A DNA stretch of 64,000 nucleotides from an uncultured Planctomycetota bacterium (GTDB lineage: Bacteria > Planctomycetota > Planctomycetia > Isosphaerales > Isosphaeraceae), in NCBI GenBank assembly GCA_963823665.1, contig CAWGMQ010000010.1, positions 2,080,001-2,144,000 of the forward strand. Reading direction: 5' to 3'. A program made the translations under genes and the position numbers. Positions 12,014 to 22,025 of the stretch are shown here, one piece after another. Position 1 is the first letter of the stretch. Every line of letters begins with the position of its first letter. The notes beneath the pieces were generated by a model that saw only the letters and a program-made list of their open reading frames with translations, was not told where the DNA came from and did no database searches.

Positions 12014-13144
12014 TTACCAAGGCGATTTGGTTCCTGGCACCTTTTCCCGGTTCGGCAACAGTTGTTCGAGCAGTCCGCTGAACCAGATGGCGTCCGTATC
12101 CGTGCTCGGCTTCGTCAACAGCATGAAAGTGTGTCCATTGGCCTGCCAAACCGCTTCGTGGGGGCCATATCGCTCAGTCAAAAATGCGTGGTGAACGTTC
12201 TGGCCGTGGATGCTCAGGATCTCAGTCGAACAAGGCTGAAGATCCGGCCGCGGCGGATACGCAACACCGCCGGCCTCTTTCGACGGAGAAACCAACAGCC
12301 GCAGGTATCGGGCTGGAGGCTCGTCGGCCTCGTACACGTAGTCAACCTCTTGAGGCTGTTCCTGCGATCCATAAACAAACGCCGCGTTCAAACGAAAGCC
12401 GTAGGCAGGCGGCGGGGCGACTTCTCGACCGGGCAGATCGGTGGGGAGATTCGTCGCGCTGTAGACAGCCAGTTCAACGGTGGGAGGCGTTCGCTCGTGG
12501 GCAAAATATCCGCAGGGGACAGCGATGGTTTGCTCCTGGTGACGGCTCTGGTAGCACAACTCTGAAATGGGAGTTGCGAGAATGCGTCTTCTTGCGTCCA
12601 GATCGACAGGGCACATCCCGCAGCAGATGGCCCGCAGCTCGTCGTCGCCAAAGGCGCCTTCGTAGGTGGAAAGCTCGATCGTGGTGCGGTCGATGCTCAC
12701 GGCCGCCGCACGGGCCTTGCGAAAGTCAGTGCCGAGCCAGCCGATGTTCTTGCCCACTTCAAACGGCTCGTTCCGGCTTTTCCAAAGGCAAGGGTGGTCA
12801 AATGCGGGAGGCGCCCAGTCGTAGAGGAACTGCTTCACGCGCAGGCGCCGACCACTGCCGACGATCTCAAAGCGGAGCGAACACCGGTTGTGGTCGTGCC
12901 AGTCCGGCCGGCCTGCTACGTCGTTGGTGCGACCGGGAGGGGCTTCTGGACGCAAGGTAAGATTCTCGAGCGATAGACCTGGCGGAAGATCGCGCGGCCG
13001 CATGACGACAAAATTGCACCATGGCTGGACTTGTTCCCACGCGACAGTGCGAATTCTTGACTCCTCGCAATCGACGGAACTCGCCGCCCTATGTCGCCAG
13101 TATTCTGAGCCAGCGTGGCTTTCGGTTGTTGTTTCCCGGGTCAC
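12014..13144 (-). CDS. Hypothetical protein (376 aa); its 3' end reads through a REP-like repeat
   Basis: Long ORF with globular composition (RLRVKQFLYDWAPPAFDHPCLW), GGAGGA RBS upstream. C-terminal EKVPGTK is encoded by the repeat. Confidence 0.7.
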   Translation of the reverse strand: MTRETTTESHAGSEYWRHRAASSVDCEESRIRTVAWEQVQPWCNFVVMRPRDLPPGLSLENLTLRPEAPPGRTNDVAGRPDWHDHNRCSLRFEIVGSGRRLRVKQFLYDWAPPAFDHPCLWKSRNEPFEVGKNIGWLGTDFRKARAAAVSIDRTTIELSTYEGAFGDDELRAICCGMCPVDLDARRRILATPISELCYQSRHQEQTIAVPCGYFAHERTPPTVELAVYSATNLPTDLPGREVAPPPAYGFRLNAAFVYGSQEQPQEVDYVYEADEPPARYLRLLVSPSKEAGGVAYPPRPDLQPCSTEILSIHGQNVHHAFLTERYGPHEAVWQANGHTFMLLTKPSTDTDAIWFSGLLEQLLPNREKVPGTKSPW

Positions 13145-13216
13145 GTCACGTTCCTCCCGCAGGCGATGAATCGGTTCCTGGCACCTTTTCCCCCGCGGAT
13201 CAGGGTTTTTGAGAAG

Positions 13217-13654
13217 CTACCGCCGACCTGCTTTGGGCTGCTGACCTACCTTGGGCTTGGGCTGCTGACCTACCTTGGGCGTGTAGGGAAATCGTTCCGG
13301 ATCGATGCGCGAGAGGGCGATGCCGGCCGCTTCGCGGACCCTGGCGTCACCGTCGTGCTCCTCCGCCTTCTGGAGCGCGGGGATGGCATCCTTGGCTAGT
13401 TCGTGAAATTCGCCAAGTTTGAGGGCGGAGCTGCGGCGGACATCGCTGGCCCTATGCGTGAGGGCCTCGATCAACGCCGGAACGACCTTTGCCGCGTCGC
13501 CCTTTGCCCGCGGCAAGGTGTGCGCCGCTTTAACCCCCTCTATTTCATTGCCCGACTTCAGATCCGCGATCAACTCGTCGGTCGATTTCCCATTGTTGCA
13601 GCCGGCGCACGCCACCAAGCAAAGCAAGAGAACCAAACCTGTCTGTACGCGCAT
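13217..13654 (-). CDS. HEAT-repeat lipoprotein downstream of the DUF1559 gene
   Basis: Lipobox-like LVACAGC; HEAT motifs VVPALIEAL..DVRRSSALKLG, AIPALQKA..RVREAAGIALSRI; GGAGG RBS. Confidence 0.8.
   Translation of the reverse strand: MRVQTGLVLLLCLVACAGCNNGKSTDELIADLKSGNEIEGVKAAHTLPRAKGDAAKVVPALIEALTHRASDVRRSSALKLGEFHELAKDAIPALQKAEEHDGDARVREAAGIALSRIDPERFPYTPKVGQQPKPKVGQQPKAGRR
13233..13280. repeat. Perfect 24-bp tandem repeat (x2) encoding PKVGQQPK
   Basis: TTGGGCTGCTGACCTACCTTGGGC occurs twice in tandem. Confidence 0.95.
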
Positions 13655-13738
13655 CACTCTAGTCCTCCATCTGAATAGGGGCGAAGAACAAGGCGAGCGG
13701 CCAGCGTCCACCGGTTTCTGGTGCGCGGCCCGCGGCAA

Positions 13739-14848
13739 TCAATAGGAATCTGACGAGATGATCTCGCCGCCGGCTCTGGTCATCAGGTATTGATAACTGC
13801 CCGGGCTGATGCCGGTCTTGAGGAAACGCACCGAGCCGTCGCCGATGAGGAAATTGCATCCACCTGGGTGCATGCTCCAAAACACATCGGGGTCGAATAC
13901 CGGGTTGTCGCTGTTGGGCTTGTGCGTGGCGTTGCCGTGGCCGAGGCACAAGGCTTCGTCGAAGTCCGCCTGGTCGTAGGCGGTGCCGTTTCCGGTATTT
14001 GGGCACTGGGAGGGCGGAGTATTGGGGGTTGTCCAGGGCGTGGTACACATCCAGGCGGGGCACCTTGCTCCCGTCGGAGCGCCGACCCAGGTGGTTGGGG
14101 AATGCGCGGCGCAGCGCTCGCCGATGGCGAGTGTGTTGCTCATTCCGTCAGTGACGGCGGCGATGCGGGTGTTACTGTTGCGCCAAAACATGCCGATGCC
14201 GGCCGCGCCAAACCCGCACGTAATGCCGCTGCCGCTGCCATAGATGCCGTCTGTGGGGTCTCCGTCCAGGTCGTTGCCGTCGTAGGTGTTGGCGTAGAAG
14301 GGTTGGGGGTTCCCGGTGGCGTTCATAAAGCATTCCTCCCAACCGCAGACAGCGGCGTAGTTGGAGTGCGCCACCGTGATGATGGGGTTGGTGAACGTGC
14401 TGTCGTAGAGGATGCAGGGCTGCGGGTTGTAACCATCCGAAGGACACTGGAACACGTTCATGTTGGTTAGCACACTCGTCGAGTTGCTTGGGCTGGTTAT
14501 TCCCAGGCTGAAATTGGTCGCGTTATACAGGGGCGTCTGCTCCAGGTTGGGCAGCAACATGGCCGCCCAGCCCCAGCCGGTTCCCATGTCCAGGTCGGGA
14601 GTATTGTTGGGGTTGTTTTGGTAATCGATGTAGCCCGGAGGAAAGACGGACATTTGGTTCTCGTAGTTGAAGAGGGCAACGCCGATCTGCTTCAGGTTGT
14701 TGACGCACTGGGCCCGGCGAGCAGCTTCGCGAGCTGACTGAACTGCGGGCAGGAGCAGGGCAACCAGGACCCCGATAATCGAGATCACGACCAGCAGCTC
14801 GATGAGCGTGAATCCCTTGTGATCAGTTTGTCGTTGACTGCGCTTCAT
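13739..14848 (-). CDS. DUF1559 prepilin-type N-methylation domain protein with H-X9-DG C-terminal motif
   Basis: GFTLIELLVVISIIGVLVALLLPAVQSAREAARRAQCVNNLKQIG; TDGMSNT; SMHPGGCNFLIGDGSVRF. Confidence 0.97.
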   Translation of the reverse strand: MKRSQRQTDHKGFTLIELLVVISIIGVLVALLLPAVQSAREAARRAQCVNNLKQIGVALFNYENQMSVFPPGYIDYQNNPNNTPDLDMGTGWGWAAMLLPNLEQTPLYNATNFSLGITSPSNSTSVLTNMNVFQCPSDGYNPQPCILYDSTFTNPIITVAHSNYAAVCGWEECFMNATGNPQPFYANTYDGNDLDGDPTDGIYGSGSGITCGFGAAGIGMFWRNSNTRIAAVTDGMSNTLAIGERCAAHSPTTWVGAPTGARCPAWMCTTPWTTPNTPPSQCPNTGNGTAYDQADFDEALCLGHGNATHKPNSDNPVFDPDVFWSMHPGGCNFLIGDGSVRFLKTGISPGSYQYLMTRAGGEIISSDSY

Positions 14849-15216
14849 GAATCTCTCTCCGATAAAAACAGACACGATGAATGATCAGTGAAAACCGGGA
14901 GGTGGACCCGATCGAAAAGGTCGTTGAACGAATAACCGACGTGACGACGTAAACGCCGCCCGCCACAATCAAGCGGGGACCGGCCCGGACTGTGGGGCCC
15001 AAGCCGAGTGAGAGCTAACTAGCTAGCGCGCCGCGACGGATTCTGTCGGCCACGATCAAGATGATTGCTGCGCTCTGGTCCCAGCGGTGGCCCGGAGCGG
15101 GGCTATACCAGCGGAGATCGCGGGCCTGGTCGCGCGTGACGAGCAATGCTCAAACGGCGGAAATGGCCCGTGAACGCGTAGCGTAACACCGCGGAGGCGA
15201 CAGACCGCGCGTACGA

Positions 15217-15570
15217 TCACGACAACGTGAAATTGGCAAACGGCGGTGCACGTGGGAATGACGGAAGGGGAATTGAGACCGGGTGTGACAGGGCGGCAAC
15301 GGGCGACACGAACTCGTTCACTTGCTCGAACGAGGTCGCGGTGAAGACTTCAGCGAGTAGTTGCCCTTTCGCCACAAACTGGCAAATCAGGCAGTTATCC
15401 GCTCCATCACGCGGCGATTGAGCGGAGTCGTCGCTATGCTGCGAAGTCGAGTTCGCCCCAAGCTTGTGCGATGACCCCGGCAGCGCGTGCAGGCACGGGC
15501 CACACAGCGTAACCGCCACGTGACATGTGAAAACCAAAGCAAACAGGAAACGCCGGCCGATGGGCAGCAT
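15217..15570 (-). CDS. DUF2946-like protein with CxxC and a C-terminal RAPP motif (putative metal-responsive leader)
   Basis: Hydrophobic N-terminus, His-rich linker, DNCLICQF, and PSFPRAPP near the C-terminus. Lies upstream of and co-oriented with the DUF1559 gene. Confidence 0.75.
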   Translation of the reverse strand: MLPIGRRFLFALVFTCHVAVTLCGPCLHALPGSSHKLGANSTSQHSDDSAQSPRDGADNCLICQFVAKGQLLAEVFTATSFEQVNEFVSPVAALSHPVSIPLPSFPRAPPFANFTLS

Positions 15571-15637
15571 CACAGTCTCTTGGTGTGCCGCGAATAGAGT
15601 TACCGAAGAAGTAGTGTGAACAAGGCATCCAGGTTTG

Positions 15638-16366
15638 TCAATACCCTGGCTCCGAGCGGCGCGATTGCGCGAGGTACGGACGGACGCGGTCCGCGAGCAG
15701 CTTGTAGCCCTCGGCGGCGAAGTGGAGCCTGTCCTTCATGAACAGCTCGGGTCGGGCACTGCCGTCCGGCGTGAGGCTGATGTCGTATGCATCGACATAG
15801 CCGACTCGCGGCATATCGAGGGCAAGCTCACGAATAAGCCTGTTCAATTCGCGGTTCTTGTCGGCCTCGCCCCATCGCGCGGGTGCCGGGCTAACGGCAA
15901 TGTAGAGGATCTCTGTTCTGGGCAGTCGGGCGTGAACCACGCGGACAAATTGTGCGAAATCAGCCGCCACTTCTCTGGGAATCCGCCCGGCGTGGATGTC
16001 GTTGCCCCCGGCCCGGAGAAAGATCTGCTTGGGCTCATGCGGGAAGATCAGGCGGTCGGCGAAGTGGGTGGAATCCACGATTTCCGTGCCGCCAAAGCCG
16101 CGGTTCAAAACCTGGTGATCCGGGAAATCGGCGGCAAGTGTTTTCCAGAGCCTGATCGTCGAGGAGCCGATGAAGAGGATTCCACCCTTGGGAGGGGGCT
16201 TTTCGCGATCCGCCGCCTCGTACGCGGCGACTTCTTTTTCGAATTTCGCGTAGTCGCGCGCGGCCGCGTATCGGCTGCTGGGCGCGTCCTGGCCGGGTAA
16301 ACGCGCCGGCGAGATCGCCGACAGCAGGCTCAGGGCCATTGTCGCACTGGTTACCAGTTTGGTCAT
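15638..16366 (-). CDS. Secreted SGNH/GDSL hydrolase
   Basis: Blocks LFIGSSTIRLW, NRGFGG, AGGND, DRLH; signal peptide. Confidence 0.92.
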   Translation of the reverse strand: MTKLVTSATMALSLLSAISPARLPGQDAPSSRYAAARDYAKFEKEVAAYEAADREKPPPKGGILFIGSSTIRLWKTLAADFPDHQVLNRGFGGTEIVDSTHFADRLIFPHEPKQIFLRAGGNDIHAGRIPREVAADFAQFVRVVHARLPRTEILYIAVSPAPARWGEADKNRELNRLIRELALDMPRVGYVDAYDISLTPDGSARPELFMKDRLHFAAEGYKLLADRVRPYLAQSRRSEPGY

Positions 16367-16718
16367 GATTGCGCACCTCGGGCCAATACCGCCGTGTCAA
16401 CCGCTCAACGCGCTGGTACGTTTGCAACTGGAGAAGAGCGTTGTGACTCCATCGTACAGAGCCGTTAAAGGCTCGCAAGGGGTGGTGCGTTTCCAGGTCG
16501 CCGTTGGCGAATCATCTCACCGTGAGCTGGGGCCAGCATCAAGCTCCCGGCCGACGCCGGTGAATTGGCGGTGTGCGAGCACGGGTGTCATCACAAAAAT
16601 GCTCTTGTAACCGCTCTCAAGATTCATTGTTGCTCAACGATTACCCTTGGCCACCATTCAGGTCGCTGTGAAACGGTTCCTGGCACCTTTTTTCCAATCC
16701 TGTCGACGGAGCAAGGGG

Positions 16719-17774
16719 TCAACGCCGGGCAGGCGGAAGGATGTGATGGCCGAGCCAAAGGAATGTGGGGGGCTCGGCGCGCTCGATGTAGAGAAGGTTA
16801 TGGCGGCCCGTGGGGTCCTCGACAAGATCGACGGCGACGCCGCGCAGGGCGGCGAGCCACGCGAAGGACTTGACCTGGGCGTCGAAGTTGTAGTTGTCGC
16901 GGCCGGGATAGTTGATGTACATGGCCAGATCGCCGGACTGGAGGCCGGTCGACGAGAGGAGGTCAGCCGGATTGTCGCGGGCAACCTTGGCGATCATATC
17001 CGGCCCGGGACCGTAAACTGGTTCAAGGAACGTCTTCACGCGCCGGCGGCGCAACCCGCCGTAGTAGTGGGCGATGATCATATCGCGGTCGTACTCCGTC
17101 CGCTCGCGGTAAGTGGCGGGGTCGAAGTCGTCGCCGTAGCGGCCTTCGCGATTGTCGTAGCGCATGTTGAGCGGCCCGCCGATGGCGGCGACGACGCCGA
17201 AGAGATCGCGATGCCTGAGCGCGATCGCCATCGCGCCGAAGCCGCCGGCCGAGACGGCGAGCAGCGCGTGCGCGTTGCGCTCGGGTCGGATCGAATAGTT
17301 CCGCATCAGGAACGGTACGATCTCGGCGACGACATGATCTTCAAATCGCCCTCCTAGACCGTTAACCCAGAGGGAATGAGGGGAGTTGATCCGATTTTTC
17401 CCATCGTACGTTCCGTCCGGAGCCGCGATGATGGCCGGCGGGATCTCGCCGGCGCTCATCATCCGGTCGAGTGCTTTCAGGTCGAAGGGGCGCAGAAGGT
17501 AGTGCTCGTCGATGACGGCGCCGTGGAGGAACAGGATGAGGGGGTAGGCGACGGAGGGGTCGTAGCCCGGCGGTAGGTAAACGTATAGGTCGCGCGTCCT
17601 CCCCAGGATGGGCGACCAGATCCGCCGGTCGGCGCCATGGTTCCCGGTAAAGTCGATAACCCGACCGTGCAGCTTGCTGTTGAGGCGATCGAGGTTAACC
17701 CAATTGAAAATTTGTGCCTTTGCCGGGGCGGTGGCCGAGGCGACCAGCAAAAGAGCCGCAACGACGCGTCTCAT
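16719..17774 (-). CDS. Secreted alpha/beta hydrolase-fold esterase
   Basis: YVYLPPGY, LFLHGA, AVSAGG nucleophile elbow, DNYNFD, GRHN; signal peptide MRRVVAALLLVASATAPAKA. Confidence 0.85.
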   Translation of the reverse strand: MRRVVAALLLVASATAPAKAQIFNWVNLDRLNSKLHGRVIDFTGNHGADRRIWSPILGRTRDLYVYLPPGYDPSVAYPLILFLHGAVIDEHYLLRPFDLKALDRMMSAGEIPPAIIAAPDGTYDGKNRINSPHSLWVNGLGGRFEDHVVAEIVPFLMRNYSIRPERNAHALLAVSAGGFGAMAIALRHRDLFGVVAAIGGPLNMRYDNREGRYGDDFDPATYRERTEYDRDMIIAHYYGGLRRRRVKTFLEPVYGPGPDMIAKVARDNPADLLSSTGLQSGDLAMYINYPGRDNYNFDAQVKSFAWLAALRGVAVDLVEDPTGRHNLLYIERAEPPTFLWLGHHILPPARR

Positions 17775-18099
17775 GAACCATCCTTTGAAAATGTTGCGCG
17801 GTCCGTTTTTCGCGCTTTTTACCGAGTTATCGGGCGAAGGAGCGGGGACTCGATAGGCAACAATCCGGTAGACCCCCAATTCTTGCGGGGTCCTGCCAGA
17901 TGTATTACCTGAATCGAAATGACCTCGATCGTATTGTGCCAGGTCGACGAGAAACGAAGCGATCGATGACGTGCGGAGTGAAGTTTTAGCGGTTAGACTG
18001 TTTGCCCTCGATTCTTCCCATTCGATCAATTGGCGCATTGCTGGAAAAGTAGGGACGGCGGCGTTCCGGGGACAGGTTCCGTGAACACCGGGGTGCGTG

Positions 18100-19533
18100 C
18101 TATTCACGCACGGGGTATTCCCGTCGGGATCGGGGATATCGGACGCGTCGTATCATCGAGCCCTTCCCATCGGCAGGCCATTGTCTGAGCCCCGCGACGA
18201 GCTGCTCCGACTTCGGGCTGAGCCTGCGGAGGGCACGGGCGATCCCGGGCTTCTGCTCCTGGGGTGACGTCTTCCAAGCGGTCGCCAGGCAGGCGAGGAC
18301 GCGGTCCTCATCCGGCGTCCCTCGACTGATCTCGGCGAGGGACTCGGCGGTCAGGCCGCGGAGGTTGGAGACTTTCCGGGCCGACTCGAAAGTCGAGAGG
18401 AGGAGGGGCACGGCGGGCGCGGCGGATCGGCCGAGGATTCCCAGGGACCAGACGGCCTCGGCCAGTACTTCCTCCTCAGGCTCCAAGGCCGGGACGGACC
18501 GAGCCGGCGAATCAGGGCGAGCGGGGGCCGATTCGCGGCTCGCTCCGCCCCGACGCTTCAGGAGCTCGCACAGGAGCTCGACGGATCCGGGTGGGCATTC
18601 CCCATCCGACGTCACCTCACCGATCGCCCCCGCCGCCATGCCGATGATCCTGTCGCGATCTACGAGCGAATCGGGGGGATGGGGCGTCTCAAGCTCCTTT
18701 CGAAGCAAGGTCAAGATAGCGGGCAGCGCCGGCCTGGCCTCTCGGCCCATGTGGTTGATCGCCGCCGTGCAAACGAGGCACACCTGGGTGTTCTCGCTCG
18801 ACAATCCTCCGATCAAGAGCGGGAGCACCGAGGGCTCGAGGCGGACGTGCCAGAAGAGGTCCGTGAATGCGTTGCGAGCGACCGGACGTTCGGTCGGAAG
18901 GCGTCGCAGCGCCACGGGGACGATCAGTTCGGGCCCCTTGCGATAATCGAAAAGGGCTTCGACCGCGCTGGCGCGGACCTGTTCGTGCGCGTCGTCCAGG
19001 CAGGCGACCAGTCGAGGTGGCGGGGCGTCGAGCCGGCCGCTCGCGGCGATGGGTCCCAGGGATCTGGCCGCCCTGGCGCGTAGTGCGGGCGAACGATCGT
19101 CGAGCAGGGCCGTGAGGGCCTCCTCGGCGACGGGTACTTCCCCGGATAAACGCGGACTCACGTCGCCGATGACGGTAGCCGCCGCAGTTCGGACCACCTC
19201 CGATTCGTCCTTCATCGCCCGAATGAGATGGGGAAACACCTGCGCGAGCTCGGCACCCGTCAACTCATGGCAGAGGACGATTCTTTGCGCCCTCCCTGCT
19301 TCGTCGCCCTGTTCGATCTCCCGGATGATGACCGCGATCGGTTTCCTGGCTCGATTTTCCAGGCCAACTCGCCTTCCCACGTCCCGTGCCATTCGGACGA
19401 TGCGCGACCTGGTTCCATCCTGCTGCGGTGATAGGGAGATATAGATGCCGATAGCCGCCGCGATGATCGCCAAGGCGGTCAGCGCAAGCCGGACTCTGCC
19501 GATTCTTTTGCCGCCATCGGGAGCGTCCGGCAT
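18100..19533 (-). CDS. N-terminally membrane-anchored HEAT-repeat protein
   Basis: TM segment LALTALAIIAAAIGIYISL; repeats DESEVVRTAAA, DDRSPALRARAARSLG, AAPAVPLLL. Confidence 0.85.
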   Translation of the reverse strand: MPDAPDGGKRIGRVRLALTALAIIAAAIGIYISLSPQQDGTRSRIVRMARDVGRRVGLENRARKPIAVIIREIEQGDEAGRAQRIVLCHELTGAELAQVFPHLIRAMKDESEVVRTAAATVIGDVSPRLSGEVPVAEEALTALLDDRSPALRARAARSLGPIAASGRLDAPPPRLVACLDDAHEQVRASAVEALFDYRKGPELIVPVALRRLPTERPVARNAFTDLFWHVRLEPSVLPLLIGGLSSENTQVCLVCTAAINHMGREARPALPAILTLLRKELETPHPPDSLVDRDRIIGMAAGAIGEVTSDGECPPGSVELLCELLKRRGGASRESAPARPDSPARSVPALEPEEEVLAEAVWSLGILGRSAAPAVPLLLSTFESARKVSNLRGLTAESLAEISRGTPDEDRVLACLATAWKTSPQEQKPGIARALRRLSPKSEQLVAGLRQWPADGKGSMIRRVRYPRSRREYPVRE

Positions 19534-19599
19534 TCTTCGGTCTCCAAGACTGCGGGTACACCCAAGTAGAATCTCGCGTCCAACACGCAGTTTACATGG

Positions 19600-20060
19600 G
19601 CGTTGTGGCGCAAGCTATGCCTCTGGCTGCCTCGAAGCGCGTGAGCGATCCGATGAATCCAGTCGTTCACCGTTGCTGCATCCAAAATCCGCTCGACCGT
19701 TAATTCCCCGGGCATTCCCTGAAACTGTCGCCCCGCGCGCCAGAGGCGTTTGTACGGGGGCGGCCCCAAGAGCGCGATGCGGCGCCCCTCAAACTGCGCT
19801 ATGTCGGCGGGGCACGCTTCGTTCCAGATCCAGTGCGATGCGAGGTCCATGGTCTTGTGCTTCGAGCAGGGTGCCATCGGGCTGCAGCGCAGTCCAGTTG
19901 CAGAGGTTGAATGCATCGGTGACGTTTTCGCCGCCGCTCTCGCCGATGCGGGCATCCTGGTACTCGGCGACGGTGCGCGGGCTCGGCGCCTCGCCCTCAA
20001 CTGATGTCGTCGATGAAGGCCTGGACTGAATTCATGAACGCCGACATGATTCGATTCCTT
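19600..20060 (-). pseudogene. Frameshifted fragment of a hypothetical protein
   Basis: NVTDAFNLCNWTALQPDGTL in one frame continues as SHWIWNEACPADI..FEGRRIALLGPPPYKRLW..GRQF in another. Confidence 0.45.
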
Positions 20061-20689
20061 ATTCACGGTCTTACCCGGCCTCGACGAGATCGACGGCCAT
20101 CGCATGCCTCGGCCGTATAGCGCCCAGGATCAGCGACGCGCGGGAGGGAACCGGGCCGCTTCGTGCTCGCGCCATAGCTGCTCGATCAAAGCTCGGCCCT
20201 CCGCGGGTTAAAGACGAAGCCCAGCGGACCACCCAGCTCGAGCGGCCTCCGAGCGTAACACAAAAGCTCGCGGAGGGGTGGGGCGGCTGTAGCGCGAGGC
20301 CAGGCGGTCAGTCGTAGTCGAAGACTTCGCCGTATGCCTCGCCGTTCAACTCTTCGGCACGATGCACCGACAACCATATAGGTTCGTCGCACAGCCCCTC
20401 TCGCGCCAAGGCACGCACGAGCGCACGACTGGTACGGATACTCTAGGCGGCGCGACCCAGTGGGGCGAATCGCGGAGCGGACGGACTGCACCTTGGTCGG
20501 GCATTTACTCGAGTCTCTGTGCACGGTGGCGTGTAGAAGGCAGCTATTTGGTTCCTGACACCTTTTCCCTGGCCGACTTGAAACGGATCGTATCAATTCG
20601 ACGTTCTCTTGACCATAAACGAAAGACTAGCATAGCGTGGTCTAGCGATGACGGGCATTGATACGTTCGCTCGCGCCGAGGGGATTTTG

Positions 20690-21196
20690 ATGGAGAAGTG
20701 GCCAGGTTGGTCTGCACCACTTCTGGGCGTGATCGGCGGCGGCCTGGGTGGCCTTGCGCTTGCGGGCGATTCGAAGAACCGGTTTCCTGCATGGCAAACT
20801 TCTCTTGCTGGGGCCGTGGCCGGTCTGGCGGCCGGGCTCATTGTCTGGGGTTTCGACAGACGACATTCGAGTTCCAAGCGGCTGCGCGACGCGGCGAGTG
20901 CACGAATCGCTGTCGGAAAGGCTTCGCGCTGGACCGGGTTTTGCCTGCTGGCGACGGGCCTGGCCTGTATGGGAGTTAACCACGCCTTGGCTCTGTTCGC
21001 CCAGAAGAAGTTCTTGCCGCTGGCGGTCGGTGGCTCATTTCTCGCCGGTGTCGGTGTCGGAGGGATCGTATTGCCGCAACTGTTCACTCCAGCGACGGCG
21101 GGCGAGAAGATGCCGTGGTGGGTGCATGTCGTTGGCGGAGCGTTGGCCGTAGGTGGCCTGGCGGTCGGGTTCTATCTTTGGCTCATGGTTTATTGA
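20690..21196 (+). CDS. Multi-pass membrane protein of unknown function
   Basis: About five hydrophobic Gly-rich segments; GAGGGG RBS; lies between two REP-like repeats. Confidence 0.75.
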   Translation: MEKWPGWSAPLLGVIGGGLGGLALAGDSKNRFPAWQTSLAGAVAGLAAGLIVWGFDRRHSSSKRLRDAASARIAVGKASRWTGFCLLATGLACMGVNHALALFAQKKFLPLAVGGSFLAGVGVGGIVLPQLFTPATAGEKMPWWVHVVGGALAVGGLAVGFYLWLMVY

Positions 21197-21473
21197 CATG
21201 AAAAACGAACGTTCTTCTTGTCGCTCCGGTGGCCTGGTGGCTTGGTGCCAGCATGGAATCCACCGCGATATGCTGCGATGGTACCCATCTCGGGCCAAAA
21301 ATCGAACGGACGGGGTTCTCACTCTTGCGACCGCTTTTGACCGGTTCTTGCTGACAATTCTCCCGGCCCAGCATTGATATCACCGGGAATCGGTTCCTGA
21401 CACCTTTTCCGAGCCTTTTCCGAGCTCGCGGTGCGAGTGATCATAAATTCCAGGCCATAGTTGGAGGCAAATC

Positions 21474-21857
21474 GTGCAAGAGGACCAAATTCGTGATGTT
21501 CTCAATGCGCACTGGCACGCTTCGGCGATCGGAGATGAGATCGCCGAACACGATATCTACGCAGACGATGCCGTCTGTGAATACCCTCAGTCGGGTGAAC
21601 GAATCGTCGGGCGAGTTAATTTACAGGCGCGACGGAGCCATCATCCAGGCAAGCCTTCAGGTTTTAACGTCAGGAGAATCCTCGGAAAAGGTAATCTCTG
21701 GATTACCGAATATATCATCACCTACCAAGGACGACCGACATACACGGTGAGCATCATGGAGTTTCGCGACGGCAAGGTCATGCACGAGACCCAGTATTTC
21801 GCGGACCCTTTCGAGGCTCCGGACTGGCGGAGCCAATGGGTCCAGCGGATCTCCTGA
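21474..21857 (+). CDS. SnoaL-like/NTF2-family protein
   Basis: YADDAVCEYPQSGERIVGR, VSIMEFRDGKVMHETQYFADPF; GGAGG RBS. Confidence 0.9.
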   Translation: MQEDQIRDVLNAHWHASAIGDEIAEHDIYADDAVCEYPQSGERIVGRVNLQARRSHHPGKPSGFNVRRILGKGNLWITEYIITYQGRPTYTVSIMEFRDGKVMHETQYFADPFEAPDWRSQWVQRIS

Positions 21858-22025
21858 CACCTCACCGCCCGCGCTCATGCTGGGTCATCAGTTCGTCCAG
21901 CCAGCGAAACACGTCGTAGTTCTCGATCTCGGCGAAGCTCTGGACGTGGACCCCGGGTGCACCGCCGTTGTCACGGCAGCGTCTCGAAGGCTCCGACGGT
22001 ATCGTCACCTCCACCGCCGAGGGAA

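Larger units (their letters stand above)
12029..21411 (+). repeat. Five dispersed direct copies of GGTTCCTG(G/A)CACCTTTT(T)CC, a REP-like repeat, at 12029, 13173, 16675, 20550 and 21392
   Basis: Read directly; all five are in the same orientation and at gene boundaries. The 21392 copy is followed by a tandem duplication, CCTTTTCCGAG x2. Confidence 0.85.

Noticed and set aside
16583..16670. GGGTGTCATCACAAAA as a possible IS end next to a REP
   Set aside because: Single occurrence, with no transposase or partner end.
12029..21411. CRISPR array or integron attC interpretation of the 20-bp repeats
   Set aside because: Spacing is irregular (0.8-3.9 kb); there are no cas or integrase genes and no attC-like inverted core sites.
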